In this document: in pieces, positions 37,767 through 46,119 of the stretch
Numbering within the stretch: position 1 is the stretch's first letter
How the letters are laid out: each line of letters opens with the position of its first letter
From: a virus
Taxonomy: Duplodnaviria > Caudoviricetes
Virus record (IMG/VR): IMGVR_UViG_3300021387_000688
Direction: 5' to 3' (one strand)
DNA length: 64,000 nucleotides
Notes under the pieces: model-generated
What the model was told of the DNA's origin: nothing
Databases searched by the model: none
What the model saw: the letters and a program-made list of their open reading frames with translations, nothing else
Program-made: the position numbers and the translations under genes

Positions 37767-40058
37767 ATGTTAATAAACGAAGAAGCTTTATGGAAAAAAT
37801 TCAATACACGCCTTAAGGAAGGTGTAGATATTGATTTAAGAAATGATATAAGAAATATCTTAAAGGGCTATGTTAGAGACCAGGGTTTAGATCCTGAATA
37901 CTTAAAACAGTATAGTCGTAGCCCTTCTGAAATATTTAGAATTGGTTCTCAACAAGTTTATGAAGTAACTGAAGCTTATATAACTTCTCCGGAATTTGCA
38001 GAAGCTATAAAAGCAAACCACCCAACTGCAATTGTAAACATTACTAAAAATGAAGCAGGGGATTTAGATAAAAAACCTAGAGGTTCAGGTACTGCGTCTG
38101 GAGAATATAGTTCTATTGAAATTGTAATTGATGATAACGGGCTCCTAAACCATTTGTACTTAACAGATATGTCTACAGGTAAAAGAAGAAAAGTTTTCAT
38201 TCCTAATAAACTTATTAAAGACTTTAGTTTGAAATACGATACTGAAGATTTGATTAATACTGTAGCCACTGAAGCTAGTAAATTAAAAGGTTTTGAAGAT
38301 TATGCAGAATTCTTAGTAGAGTTGTTGAAGAGTGCTACTACCTGTAAAGCAGATTCTCCGGCATTGGGAGCAATGTTTAGTTTCTTTGCAGGTAGAATAT
38401 CTACAGTAAAGGCAGATCCAAACAGCAACTCAGCTTACATAACATTTACAAAGAATTCTAGAATGTTTGAATTGATTCAAGAGTTTGCAAATGATTCAAC
38501 CTTTACTCAAATTAAACCTTCTATTAATGTAGACTTTGCAGAAGTATTTGGTGCAATTGCCTTGTTAAGTGCAGTTAGAAGTGACCCTGAAATTGCAGAT
38601 TACTATGCAAATTATAAAATTAAATATCCAGAAGCTTCAAATGAACCTTTAGTAGATTATTATTTGACACCTGGAGGAGTAGAAGAAGGAGTACAGATTT
38701 CTGCAAAAACTGGTGCAGGTGGAAAACCTACAAACGGCTCTATTATTCAAACAGCCTACGGAATGATATCTAAAAGTAAAAACCCTCAATATCAACCATT
38801 TGTTAAATTCTTACAGGAATGGTTGGCAAGAAGTGAAGGTACTGTACACGAAAGCTTTGAACATTTAGCTTCTTGGTTTGAAGAAATGGTTAGAGGTGTT
38901 AGTGAAAATTACCTAATGGAAATGTCCATGTTGGGTAGCGATACTTCAATTGATCCAGCCGATTTGATAGTTAATGTAACGCCAGAAGATTTAGATTCAA
39001 TTAATAATGCAAATACTACTCAAGAAGTTGTAGATGCTTATACTGCTATTTCTAGTAGAACTACTCCTAACAAAGGTGCAAGGTTAAAGGACGCTACAGA
39101 AGAACAAAACGCAGATCCTCTTTATAGAGATGCAATGAAGATTAAAGCAAAAGTATCTTTGTTTATAAATATCTTAAATAATTCTTTTGTAATAGATTTG
39201 ATTAATATGTACTTTAACTTAGGTATGGGGCATATGGTTCAGATTTATTTCTTAGGGGACGTCGCAGATGATTCTCCTACTTGTACGTTTAGAATTCAGT
39301 CTAATGCAACTAAGTTTGCTTATAAATTCTCTTTTGATTGCAACATCGATAATAGACAGAAAAAGTTTACTACAAAGAAATTAGCAATGTCTTTGATGCA
39401 TGAAGGGGAAATTAAGGAGAGGAAAAGAATGATTGAAAAATATCTTAAAGAAGAAGTAACTCCGCCAGAAGATACAATTGTTGTAGCATTTGGAAGATTA
39501 AATCCTCCTACATTAGGTCATCTTAAAATGGTAAATAAGATGGCTACTATAGCAACTCAACGTAGTGCTCATAAGGCTAGAATTTATTTAAGTCATTCCC
39601 ATGATGCAGAAAAGAACCCTCTTCCATATGAATCTAAATTGCAATGGGTAGATAAAGCTTTTGGAGACTTTATTGATGTAGCAGATTCAGATGCAAAGAA
39701 TATGTTCTATATGATGCACGAACTTTATGAAGAAGGTTTCAAACATGTAATCTATGTTTGCGGAGAAGATAGATTTGAAGAGACTTCTAAATATCTTGCA
39801 GGTGCAAATGGTCAAGAACTTACAAAGAGTGGAAAGCCAGTAGCTGCAAATCTTTATTACAAGTTTGATACATTAACTTTTGAAGACGCAGGTCATAGAG
39901 ATGAAAACTCAAATGATTTAGCTGAAAAAGCATCTGCCTCTTTAGCAAGAAGTTATGTTAAAGATGATAGGTTTGATTTATTTGAAGAGATTGTTCCGTT
40001 ATCTGAAAAAGATGCAGAAGATTTATTTATTGAATTAAAAACAGAAATGACAGTATAA
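37767..40058 (+). CDS. fusion of a PD-(D/E)xK-like nuclease domain and a HIGH-superfamily (cytidylyltransferase-like) nucleotidyltransferase
   Basis: N half DFAEVFG...YPEASNEPLVDY...ISAK; C half AFGRLNPPTLGH...KNPL...GEDR...SAS..R. Confidence 0.75.
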   Translation: MLINEEALWKKFNTRLKEGVDIDLRNDIRNILKGYVRDQGLDPEYLKQYSRSPSEIFRIGSQQVYEVTEAYITSPEFAEAIKANHPTAIVNITKNEAGDLDKKPRGSGTASGEYSSIEIVIDDNGLLNHLYLTDMSTGKRRKVFIPNKLIKDFSLKYDTEDLINTVATEASKLKGFEDYAEFLVELLKSATTCKADSPALGAMFSFFAGRISTVKADPNSNSAYITFTKNSRMFELIQEFANDSTFTQIKPSINVDFAEVFGAIALLSAVRSDPEIADYYANYKIKYPEASNEPLVDYYLTPGGVEEGVQISAKTGAGGKPTNGSIIQTAYGMISKSKNPQYQPFVKFLQEWLARSEGTVHESFEHLASWFEEMVRGVSENYLMEMSMLGSDTSIDPADLIVNVTPEDLDSINNANTTQEVVDAYTAISSRTTPNKGARLKDATEEQNADPLYRDAMKIKAKVSLFINILNNSFVIDLINMYFNLGMGHMVQIYFLGDVADDSPTCTFRIQSNATKFAYKFSFDCNIDNRQKKFTTKKLAMSLMHEGEIKERKRMIEKYLKEEVTPPEDTIVVAFGRLNPPTLGHLKMVNKMATIATQRSAHKARIYLSHSHDAEKNPLPYESKLQWVDKAFGDFIDVADSDAKNMFYMMHELYEEGFKHVIYVCGEDRFEETSKYLAGANGQELTKSGKPVAANLYYKFDTLTFEDAGHRDENSNDLAEKASASLARSYVKDDRFDLFEEIVPLSEKDAEDLFIELKTEMTV

Positions 40059-40089
40059 AAAAGAAAAGGGCTACATAAGTAGCCCTTTT
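40044..40089. terminator. bidirectional terminator
   Basis: AAAAGGGCTAC-ATAA-GTAGCCCTTTT at ~40064-40089. Confidence 0.8.
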
Positions 40090-40114
40090 AATCTATATAA
40101 ACTTAAGCCCCTGC

Positions 40115-40369
40115 TTAAGACTTCTTTTCTCCTCTAATCCATTCTACATTTGGTAAAACAATTCTAAAAAGAAAATCTTTTAATTTTTCATCATTGAGAT
40201 TTGCTTGTTCTAATTCCATTTCTTTTACATCGGGGTTTGGATATAAAATCCAATTACTAGGAAGATCTTTTATATTATTGAGATAGATGTTTTTATCTTT
40301 AGGATTATAAGCGTATACTTCTACTTCTTTGTTTAAGATTAGATTTCTGATTTTAACTAAATCTGACAT
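40115..40369 (-). CDS. hypothetical protein
   Basis: ORF with leaderless TATAAT-6-ATG. Confidence 0.65.
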   Translation of the reverse strand: MSDLVKIRNLILNKEVEVYAYNPKDKNIYLNNIKDLPSNWILYPNPDVKEMELEQANLNDEKLKDFLFRIVLPNVEWIRGEKKS

Positions 40370-40414
40370 AATTAAATTATAGTGCCAAAATCCAAATCAT
40401 ACACTATTTGATTT

Positions 40415-41074
40415 ATGACAAGAGATGAAAAGAAAAAATTACAAGAACAATTAGATAAAGATTTTCTAGAAAAGAAAGAATTGTATACCGAACAATGTTT
40501 TGATAAAACTAATCCAGCCTATTCTAAAATGGAAACTATTCTGCAAAATGCTTCAACAAGGCCTTTAGTAAAAGAAGTAGGTTATGAATTGCATCATAGA
40601 ATACCAAGATCCTTTTTTAAGAAAATAAATATTGCAGTTGTAGATAATAACAATCTTTATAAATTAACTTATAGGGAACATTTTTTAGTTCATTATTACG
40701 CATACGTTTGCGCAACTTCTTTTATGAAACCTGCAATGAGTTTAGCGCTTTTGGAAATGAAAAAGATGTGTACAAAAGTAGATGGTTGTTTGGAAGAAGA
40801 TGCAATTTTTATGTCCAATCTTTTCAATAATATTAAATGGGAAATATTTGGAAACAAAAGTAAAGAACATAAAAAATATACTTTGAAATATTTTGAAAAA
40901 CAACTTAAAGACACTTCTATTAGATTTGTAGCATTATATAGAGGAATGACTAATCAAGATTTTGTAATTAAAGGTATTTGTGAAAAGTGCGGCCAGAATA
41001 TTTTACGAGAAGTTAAAATCAATGATTTGGAAAATGTTTTGAAAGAATTAAAGAATCATAAATGTGAAAAGTAA
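40415..41074 (+). CDS. HNH endonuclease-like protein
   Basis: YELHHRIPRS...NNLYKLTYREHFLVH; C-terminal CxxC. Confidence 0.8.
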   Translation: MTRDEKKKLQEQLDKDFLEKKELYTEQCFDKTNPAYSKMETILQNASTRPLVKEVGYELHHRIPRSFFKKINIAVVDNNNLYKLTYREHFLVHYYAYVCATSFMKPAMSLALLEMKKMCTKVDGCLEEDAIFMSNLFNNIKWEIFGNKSKEHKKYTLKYFEKQLKDTSIRFVALYRGMTNQDFVIKGICEKCGQNILREVKINDLENVLKELKNHKCEK

Positions 41075-41169
41075 AACCCCGTTTATCGTCCGTAAAGACT
41101 ATCCCGTTACTACTTCAAGTTGCAGGCAAACCAGTTGGTCAAATCTGCCGGGGTTAAGTACAGTTTGAC
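41075..41169 (-). ncRNA. putative structured ncRNA (pseudoknot-capable)
   Basis: GC-rich intergenic segment; GUCAAACUG/CAG(A)UUUGAC stem whose loop AACCCCG complements distal CGGGGUU; extra hairpin GUCU-UUAC-GGAC. Confidence 0.4.
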
Positions 41170-41174
41170 TTTAG

Positions 41175-41249
41175 GTACGGTGGATGGATTCGAACCATCA
41201 AACTTCCTCTGGGAGGCTGAGGCGCTTCACCAATTAAGCTACGCCGTAC
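41175..41249 (-). tRNA. non-canonical tRNA-like gene (pseudo-tRNA; nominal anticodon CUC, His-like G-1:C73)
   Basis: Acceptor GUACGGCG/CACCGUAC (one C-A), D arm GCUU-AAUUGGUG-AAGC, T arm GAUGG-UUCGAAU-CCAUC; anticodon loop GCCUCCC lacks U33 and R37; no encoded CCA. Confidence 0.75.
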
Positions 41250-41261
41250 ACTATTATTTAG

Positions 41262-42302
41262 TTACAGTACTTGGGTACCATCGGCCTTTTTAACAACAAC
41301 TACTTTTCTTGCAATTGTTTTTGAACCACATGTATCTACCTTATCATCTTTTACATGGATGAAAGATTTTTCCAATACTTCTTTTTTATCTGTAGAAGAT
41401 TTCAAATAAAGGATTTCATCTACAACACCTTTTCTACAATAGTAATAATTTCTAGAACCGCCTTTAGGATAAACAACAATGTCTCCTACATCAATTTCTA
41501 CACCATACTGATCCTGTAATTTGTAAGATTGTACAACTTTAGAAACTGGCTTTCTGGGTTTAGATTTTATTTCTTTAGAGGCTTCAAGAGAGAAGAGTCC
41601 ATCCAAAGAATCAATTCCCATACCTTGAGCGAATTCATCGAGCTGTGCATACTTAGAAGGGTCCTCTATAAATACTTTAATAGCTAAGCGTACCCCTTTA
41701 TAATATTTTTCAGGTTCTTCTATCATAGAAGGGGATATATGCCAAGAATCTACTCCATTGCATTCCCAGAAGTCTTTCTTTAATTCCCTACCACCAGTTT
41801 CTCCATATTCACTAGCATGTTTTTCAAGCCAATCCCATTTATAGTGGAATGTATCGTAACTATAAGTGCAGCCTATAAAAGATTTTTCTTTTTCATCGGA
41901 AATTTCTTTAATCTTTTTCAAGAAAGCTTCTACTAAGAAAGCTTGCCAAGATATCAATAGAGGTCCTTTGAGTGGCCCCTTAGATCCGTCTACTTCATTA
42001 TTCTCTCCAAAAGGTGTATATTTTTCTTTCTTTGCCAGATTTATGAAATCTGTTTTTTCTTCAAGAAGTTTCCACCAACCGTTGTATGCTGTAGGAATTT
42101 TATCAAGAGGGATGTAATGGTAATTTGGTTCTTCTTGCGGCTCATCCCACTGTCTCAAATTTTCTTTTAATTCTATTCCCCACATTTTAGGAAACATGTT
42201 GAATACATATTCTTTGTAAGATGATCCGGCTTGCTTTTCAGTACAATAATCTATAACCTTGGTACCAACATCTGAAATCCATCCAAGTACTTCACAACTC
42301 AT
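41262..42302 (-). CDS. hypothetical protein
   Basis: 346-aa ORF, SD GGAGG. Confidence 0.75.
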   Translation of the reverse strand: MSCEVLGWISDVGTKVIDYCTEKQAGSSYKEYVFNMFPKMWGIELKENLRQWDEPQEEPNYHYIPLDKIPTAYNGWWKLLEEKTDFINLAKKEKYTPFGENNEVDGSKGPLKGPLLISWQAFLVEAFLKKIKEISDEKEKSFIGCTYSYDTFHYKWDWLEKHASEYGETGGRELKKDFWECNGVDSWHISPSMIEEPEKYYKGVRLAIKVFIEDPSKYAQLDEFAQGMGIDSLDGLFSLEASKEIKSKPRKPVSKVVQSYKLQDQYGVEIDVGDIVVYPKGGSRNYYYCRKGVVDEILYLKSSTDKKEVLEKSFIHVKDDKVDTCGSKTIARKVVVVKKADGTQVL

Positions 42303-42303
42303 T

Positions 42304-42522
42304 TTATTCCTCCACTTCTATAACAACTGGTTTGTTTGGGAAAACCTTATTAAATCTTTCGCGAATAAAATTCGCTTTAGTTTCATCTAAAACCGAGGCA
42401 ATGGATTTATCACTTACAAAATAAGAATCCATAAAAGAATCAGTAATGGCAGAATTTTCTACCCATTCTCTTTCTTTGAAATAGAATCCAGATTCTTTAT
42501 CTTTTATATAATATTTCTTCAT
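42304..42522 (-). CDS. small hypothetical protein
   Basis: leaderless TATATT-6-ATG. Confidence 0.65.
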   Translation of the reverse strand: MKKYYIKDKESGFYFKEREWVENSAITDSFMDSYFVSDKSIASVLDETKANFIRERFNKVFPNKPVVIEVEE

Positions 42523-42542
42523 ATTAACAATATAGATTTTGC

Positions 42543-43310
42543 TTAAGCAGCTGCTTCTTCAAATGCTTTAATAGCATCTCCAAGTCCTGTATCCCCTCTC
42601 CACATATCATCCATGTCTCTACGGGTACCTGTATCTACAATTTTGATAAGGTTATTATGAATTGCTTTCTTAGAGAAACGAACAAACTTGTAAGTATCTG
42701 TAGTGAAGTCATCAATTACGGCCATTACTTCATCTGTAGTTTCTTTAATCATTCCCTGATAGATTCCATAAGACTGCTGGGCAAGTCCCCAAAGAGACTG
42801 GTGAGCGTAAACAATATCATGAGAGTTTGGACTGTAAAACCAAACTGGATCTGAATCGTCTTTGCCGAATTTTTCTTCTGCTTCTTTGCAAAGCTTGCTG
42901 TAGTAATCTTTATCTGAAATATCTACTTCATGAATAGTATTGTCAAGTCCAAGGTGAGTAATATTGATACAGTTGTTACCTGTGGTCCAAACTTCTGAAC
43001 CATCGTCAAGAGTGAGGCGGATAGAAGGATTAAGATGGATTGTTTTTCCTGTGAGAGCATCATTGAAAGTAGTTCCAAAGTTGTTGATGCCGCACCATTT
43101 TACAGTACCTTCAGTACCGATTGGATTTTTGCGACCTTTAATGATTCTTAAACGGTCCCCTTTCTGAACTCCTGAATGATGTCTTTCCGAGCGTTCAAGC
43201 CTGTCAGTATAAATAGATACTGGATTGATTTCTGAAAAATTAACAACTCCATATGGAGTGCGTATATCCTGTGAAAGTTTTGTGAAAACGAAATAATCCT
43301 TATTTGACAT
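42543..43310 (-). CDS. hypothetical protein, paralog of 25789..26463
   Basis: GDRLRIIKGRKNPIGTEGTVKW...NPSIRLTLDDGSEVWTTGNNCIN. Confidence 0.75.
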   Translation of the reverse strand: MSNKDYFVFTKLSQDIRTPYGVVNFSEINPVSIYTDRLERSERHHSGVQKGDRLRIIKGRKNPIGTEGTVKWCGINNFGTTFNDALTGKTIHLNPSIRLTLDDGSEVWTTGNNCINITHLGLDNTIHEVDISDKDYYSKLCKEAEEKFGKDDSDPVWFYSPNSHDIVYAHQSLWGLAQQSYGIYQGMIKETTDEVMAVIDDFTTDTYKFVRFSKKAIHNNLIKIVDTGTRRDMDDMWRGDTGLGDAIKAFEEAAA

Positions 43311-43352
43311 GCTTTGTACCTCTCGTCAATTTAAGTTATAATTTACGTTAAT

Positions 43353-43386
43353 AATATAGCGGCTCTCCGGAATCCAAGTTTCTGAA
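43353..43386 (-). promoter_or_regulatory. GAAA-N20-TATATT class promoter
   Basis: TTCAGAAA-cttggaTTCCGGagagccgC-TATATT. Confidence 0.6.
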
Positions 43387-43403
43387 AAAGAACTAAATTA
43401 AGT

Positions 43404-44471
43404 ATGGAATTAAAAAAATTTTTAGAAGAATATAACCCTCAATTAGAAAACAATTTTTTATCAAATGAAGAAAGATTGAGATTAATAAAAATATACGATT
43501 CTTTAGAAGATAAGCCAGAAACTTTTGATGATTGGTTACTAGAACACACTCCCCCTGAAACTATTGATTATGTGTTTCCTTATGTAGATTATTCTGATCC
43601 TATTTGGAGGAAAAAGTTTTTTAAAGTCGCAGAAAACTTCGATAGTTACTTAATGACTGATAAAAGATTTGATGGGGACAAAACGTTATTGAGGTGCATA
43701 TTTAAAGGAATAGAACTTTACATGCCCTGGATTGGAATAATACATTTTATAATAAGTGAACCTTCTCAAATACCTGAATGGTTAGATCAAGATAAAATAC
43801 ATGTAGTCTATCATAAAGATTTCATTCCTAATTGTTTTTTACCTACTTTCAATAGTTGCACCATTGAAATATTTTTGCACAGGGTAATAGGTTTATCAGA
43901 AAAATTTATTTACGGGAACGATGATTTTTATCCAATAGGCCCTATGGATTCTTCAGATTTTTTTAAAAAAGATAAACCAGTTACAGAGTTGAATTATCAA
44001 TATTGGAAGTATGCGTTTCATTCTACTGAAAATTTAAAAATGGCAGAACAATGTACTAAAATTCTTAAAGACGGTGTCAGGGGTACAAAACACTTTGTAC
44101 CCCATATTCCCCTAAGTTTTCTTAAATCTTTATATAAATCTATTTATAAAGAATTTGAAAATTTTATCATCTATACAATAAGTCCTTTTAGAAAACTGGA
44201 TAACGCCAGTGTTTATTTTTATTATTACGTAATGTTTTTAAGAAACGAATATGAAGAATCTCTAAGAGGGCCTAGGTATAGGGTATGGACCGGGGACGAA
44301 AAGAGCCCCAAAGATTTGATAGAGATGTTAGATATTTTAGATAAAAAAACTGTAATAAAAAATTATTGGCAAATACTGGTAATAAATAGTTTACAAAACC
44401 TTCATAAAACATTGTTTTTATCTAAATTGTTAAATTATTATAATTTTATATCTAAATTCGAAAAGAGGTAA
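43404..44471 (+). CDS. Stealth-family hexose-1-phosphoryltransferase
   Basis: CR1 IDYVFPYVD..DP.W; CR2 YMPWI...QIPEWL...HKDFIP...LPTFNS..IE..LH...GLSEKFIYGNDD. Confidence 0.9.
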   Translation: MELKKFLEEYNPQLENNFLSNEERLRLIKIYDSLEDKPETFDDWLLEHTPPETIDYVFPYVDYSDPIWRKKFFKVAENFDSYLMTDKRFDGDKTLLRCIFKGIELYMPWIGIIHFIISEPSQIPEWLDQDKIHVVYHKDFIPNCFLPTFNSCTIEIFLHRVIGLSEKFIYGNDDFYPIGPMDSSDFFKKDKPVTELNYQYWKYAFHSTENLKMAEQCTKILKDGVRGTKHFVPHIPLSFLKSLYKSIYKEFENFIIYTISPFRKLDNASVYFYYYVMFLRNEYEESLRGPRYRVWTGDEKSPKDLIEMLDILDKKTVIKNYWQILVINSLQNLHKTLFLSKLLNYYNFISKFEKR

Positions 44472-44474
44472 ATT

Positions 44475-45299
44475 GTGGAAAAAGTCGCTATTATTGTACC
44501 TGCTTACAATGCAGGCAAGTTTATAAAAGATTTATTAAACGATTTATTAAACCAGACTTACGAAAATTGGAATTGTTATATAATTGATGATGGTTCTACA
44601 GATGATACTAAATCCCAAATCTCTGAATACTTAAAAGATACTAGATTTAGGTATTTTTATCAAGAGAATGCAGGCCCAGGAGCAGCTCGTAATAAAGGTT
44701 TAGATAAAATGGGAGAAGAGGAATATATATACATGCCTGACTCTGACGACCGAATAGACTGTCACCTATTAGAAGATTGTGTGCACTACTTGAACGAAGT
44801 ACCCATAGTAGATGTGGTAAGATTTCAAACATTAGAAAAATCTACTCATGGTAAAATAATACCTCAAACAAGGCTTACTGACGTTCCTAAGATAATTAAA
44901 GGATTTGAAGAAAAGGATAATTACCCTTTTCTATGGGGGTGCTGGTCTTATATGTTAAGAAGTAAAGTTGTTAAAGAACACCATTTAAGATTTAATACTT
45001 CTTTAAGAAATTACGAAGATCTTTTATTTTCTTTGGATTTATTATACATTAATCCTTATATTTTAATGGTACCCGATTTTTACTATATTTGGTGTCATAA
45101 AAATGAATCCTCTTTAACAGCTTGCCACTACATCAAAGGTATTTTTACCATAGCATCTCAATGCTGTGAAACAGCCGTAATACCTTGGTTGAAAGAACAC
45201 AGGGATTTTATTTTCAAAAAACATTTACTCAAATTCATAAACCATCAATTAGAGTCCGCTGATATAAAGGCATCCTACCTAATATATTTTTCAGATTAA
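44475..45299 (+). CDS. glycosyltransferase family 2
   Basis: IIVPAYN, IIDDGSTD, NAGPGAARN.G, DSDD, YED. Confidence 0.9.
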   Translation: MEKVAIIVPAYNAGKFIKDLLNDLLNQTYENWNCYIIDDGSTDDTKSQISEYLKDTRFRYFYQENAGPGAARNKGLDKMGEEEYIYMPDSDDRIDCHLLEDCVHYLNEVPIVDVVRFQTLEKSTHGKIIPQTRLTDVPKIIKGFEEKDNYPFLWGCWSYMLRSKVVKEHHLRFNTSLRNYEDLLFSLDLLYINPYILMVPDFYYIWCHKNESSLTACHYIKGIFTIASQCCETAVIPWLKEHRDFIFKKHLLKFINHQLESADIKASYLIYFSD

Positions 45300-45315
45300 T
45301 CTCTATAATTAAATT

Positions 45316-46116
45316 ATGCCTAAAGTAACTATTATTTTACCAATGTACAATTGCGAAAAATATATTTGCAATATGTTAGATTGTTTACAAAAACAAATAT
45401 TCAAAGACTGGTGTTGCATTTTAATAGATGATGGATCTGCTGACAACACTTTTGGAGTTATTGAACCTTATTTGGTAGATGGAAGATTCCATTACATTCA
45501 TAAGGAAAATGGCGGACCATCTACTGCAAGAAATGCAGCTCTTGATTTAGCTTTCAAAGAATATCCTTCCGAGTATATTTATTTCTGCGACGCGGATGAT
45601 TATATTGATCCTAAACTATTAGATGTTTGTGTTAAGAAATTAGATGAAACAAAACTAGACATTGTAGAATTTGGATATAAAACTTTAGACCCTAATGGTA
45701 AAGTTACTTACGATAATTGCGCAAAGAGAGAACAATTTAGTAAATCTGTTTTTACATTATGGTGCGTTTGGAGATGTCTAATAAGAAGTTCTTTAATCAG
45801 AGATAACAATATAAGATTTGATGAAAGGTTAAAATGGGGGGAGGATTCTTTGTTTATGAGAACCTGTGCCTATTATGCAAAAGATAATTGGCATGTAGAA
45901 ATTCCTTATTACTTTTATTACTACAAATGTCAAAACCCAGATTCTTTAATAGTTGATAGTTATAAACATAATAGGAAAGTAAAGAAACTTTACATTAAGT
46001 GTTATGAAGATTTTATAAAATCTCATCCTTGGAATCCAGTTATTGGAGAAATGATTGAACATATCAATTGGCATAAGAAAAATAGAAAACCTCAAAAACC
46101 TCCTCAACTAAATTAA
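45316..46116 (+). CDS. glycosyltransferase family 2
   Basis: IILPMYN, IDDGSAD, NGGPSTARN, DADD, GED. Confidence 0.9.
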   Translation: MPKVTIILPMYNCEKYICNMLDCLQKQIFKDWCCILIDDGSADNTFGVIEPYLVDGRFHYIHKENGGPSTARNAALDLAFKEYPSEYIYFCDADDYIDPKLLDVCVKKLDETKLDIVEFGYKTLDPNGKVTYDNCAKREQFSKSVFTLWCVWRCLIRSSLIRDNNIRFDERLKWGEDSLFMRTCAYYAKDNWHVEIPYYFYYYKCQNPDSLIVDSYKHNRKVKKLYIKCYEDFIKSHPWNPVIGEMIEHINWHKKNRKPQKPPQLN

Positions 46117-46119
46117 AAT

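Noticed and set aside
37767-40058. Complete NAD+ reconstitution pathway (NARP)
   Set aside because: No Nampt/Namat or PRPP-synthetase-like partner in the window, and the NTase substrate is unknown
40415-41074. Group I intron around the HNH gene
   Set aside because: The HNH ORF is free-standing, no interrupted host gene flanks it, and no P/Q/R/S core was recognised
41075-41171. Theta/HDV-like ribozyme downstream of the tRNA
   Set aside because: Only 4 nt lie between the P2-like and P1-like strands, leaving no room for P3/L3; no HDV core consensus
41175-41249. Functional tRNA-Glu(CUC) or suppressor tRNA
   Set aside because: The anticodon loop lacks U33 and purine 37 and has an A-A closing pair, so decoding is unlikely
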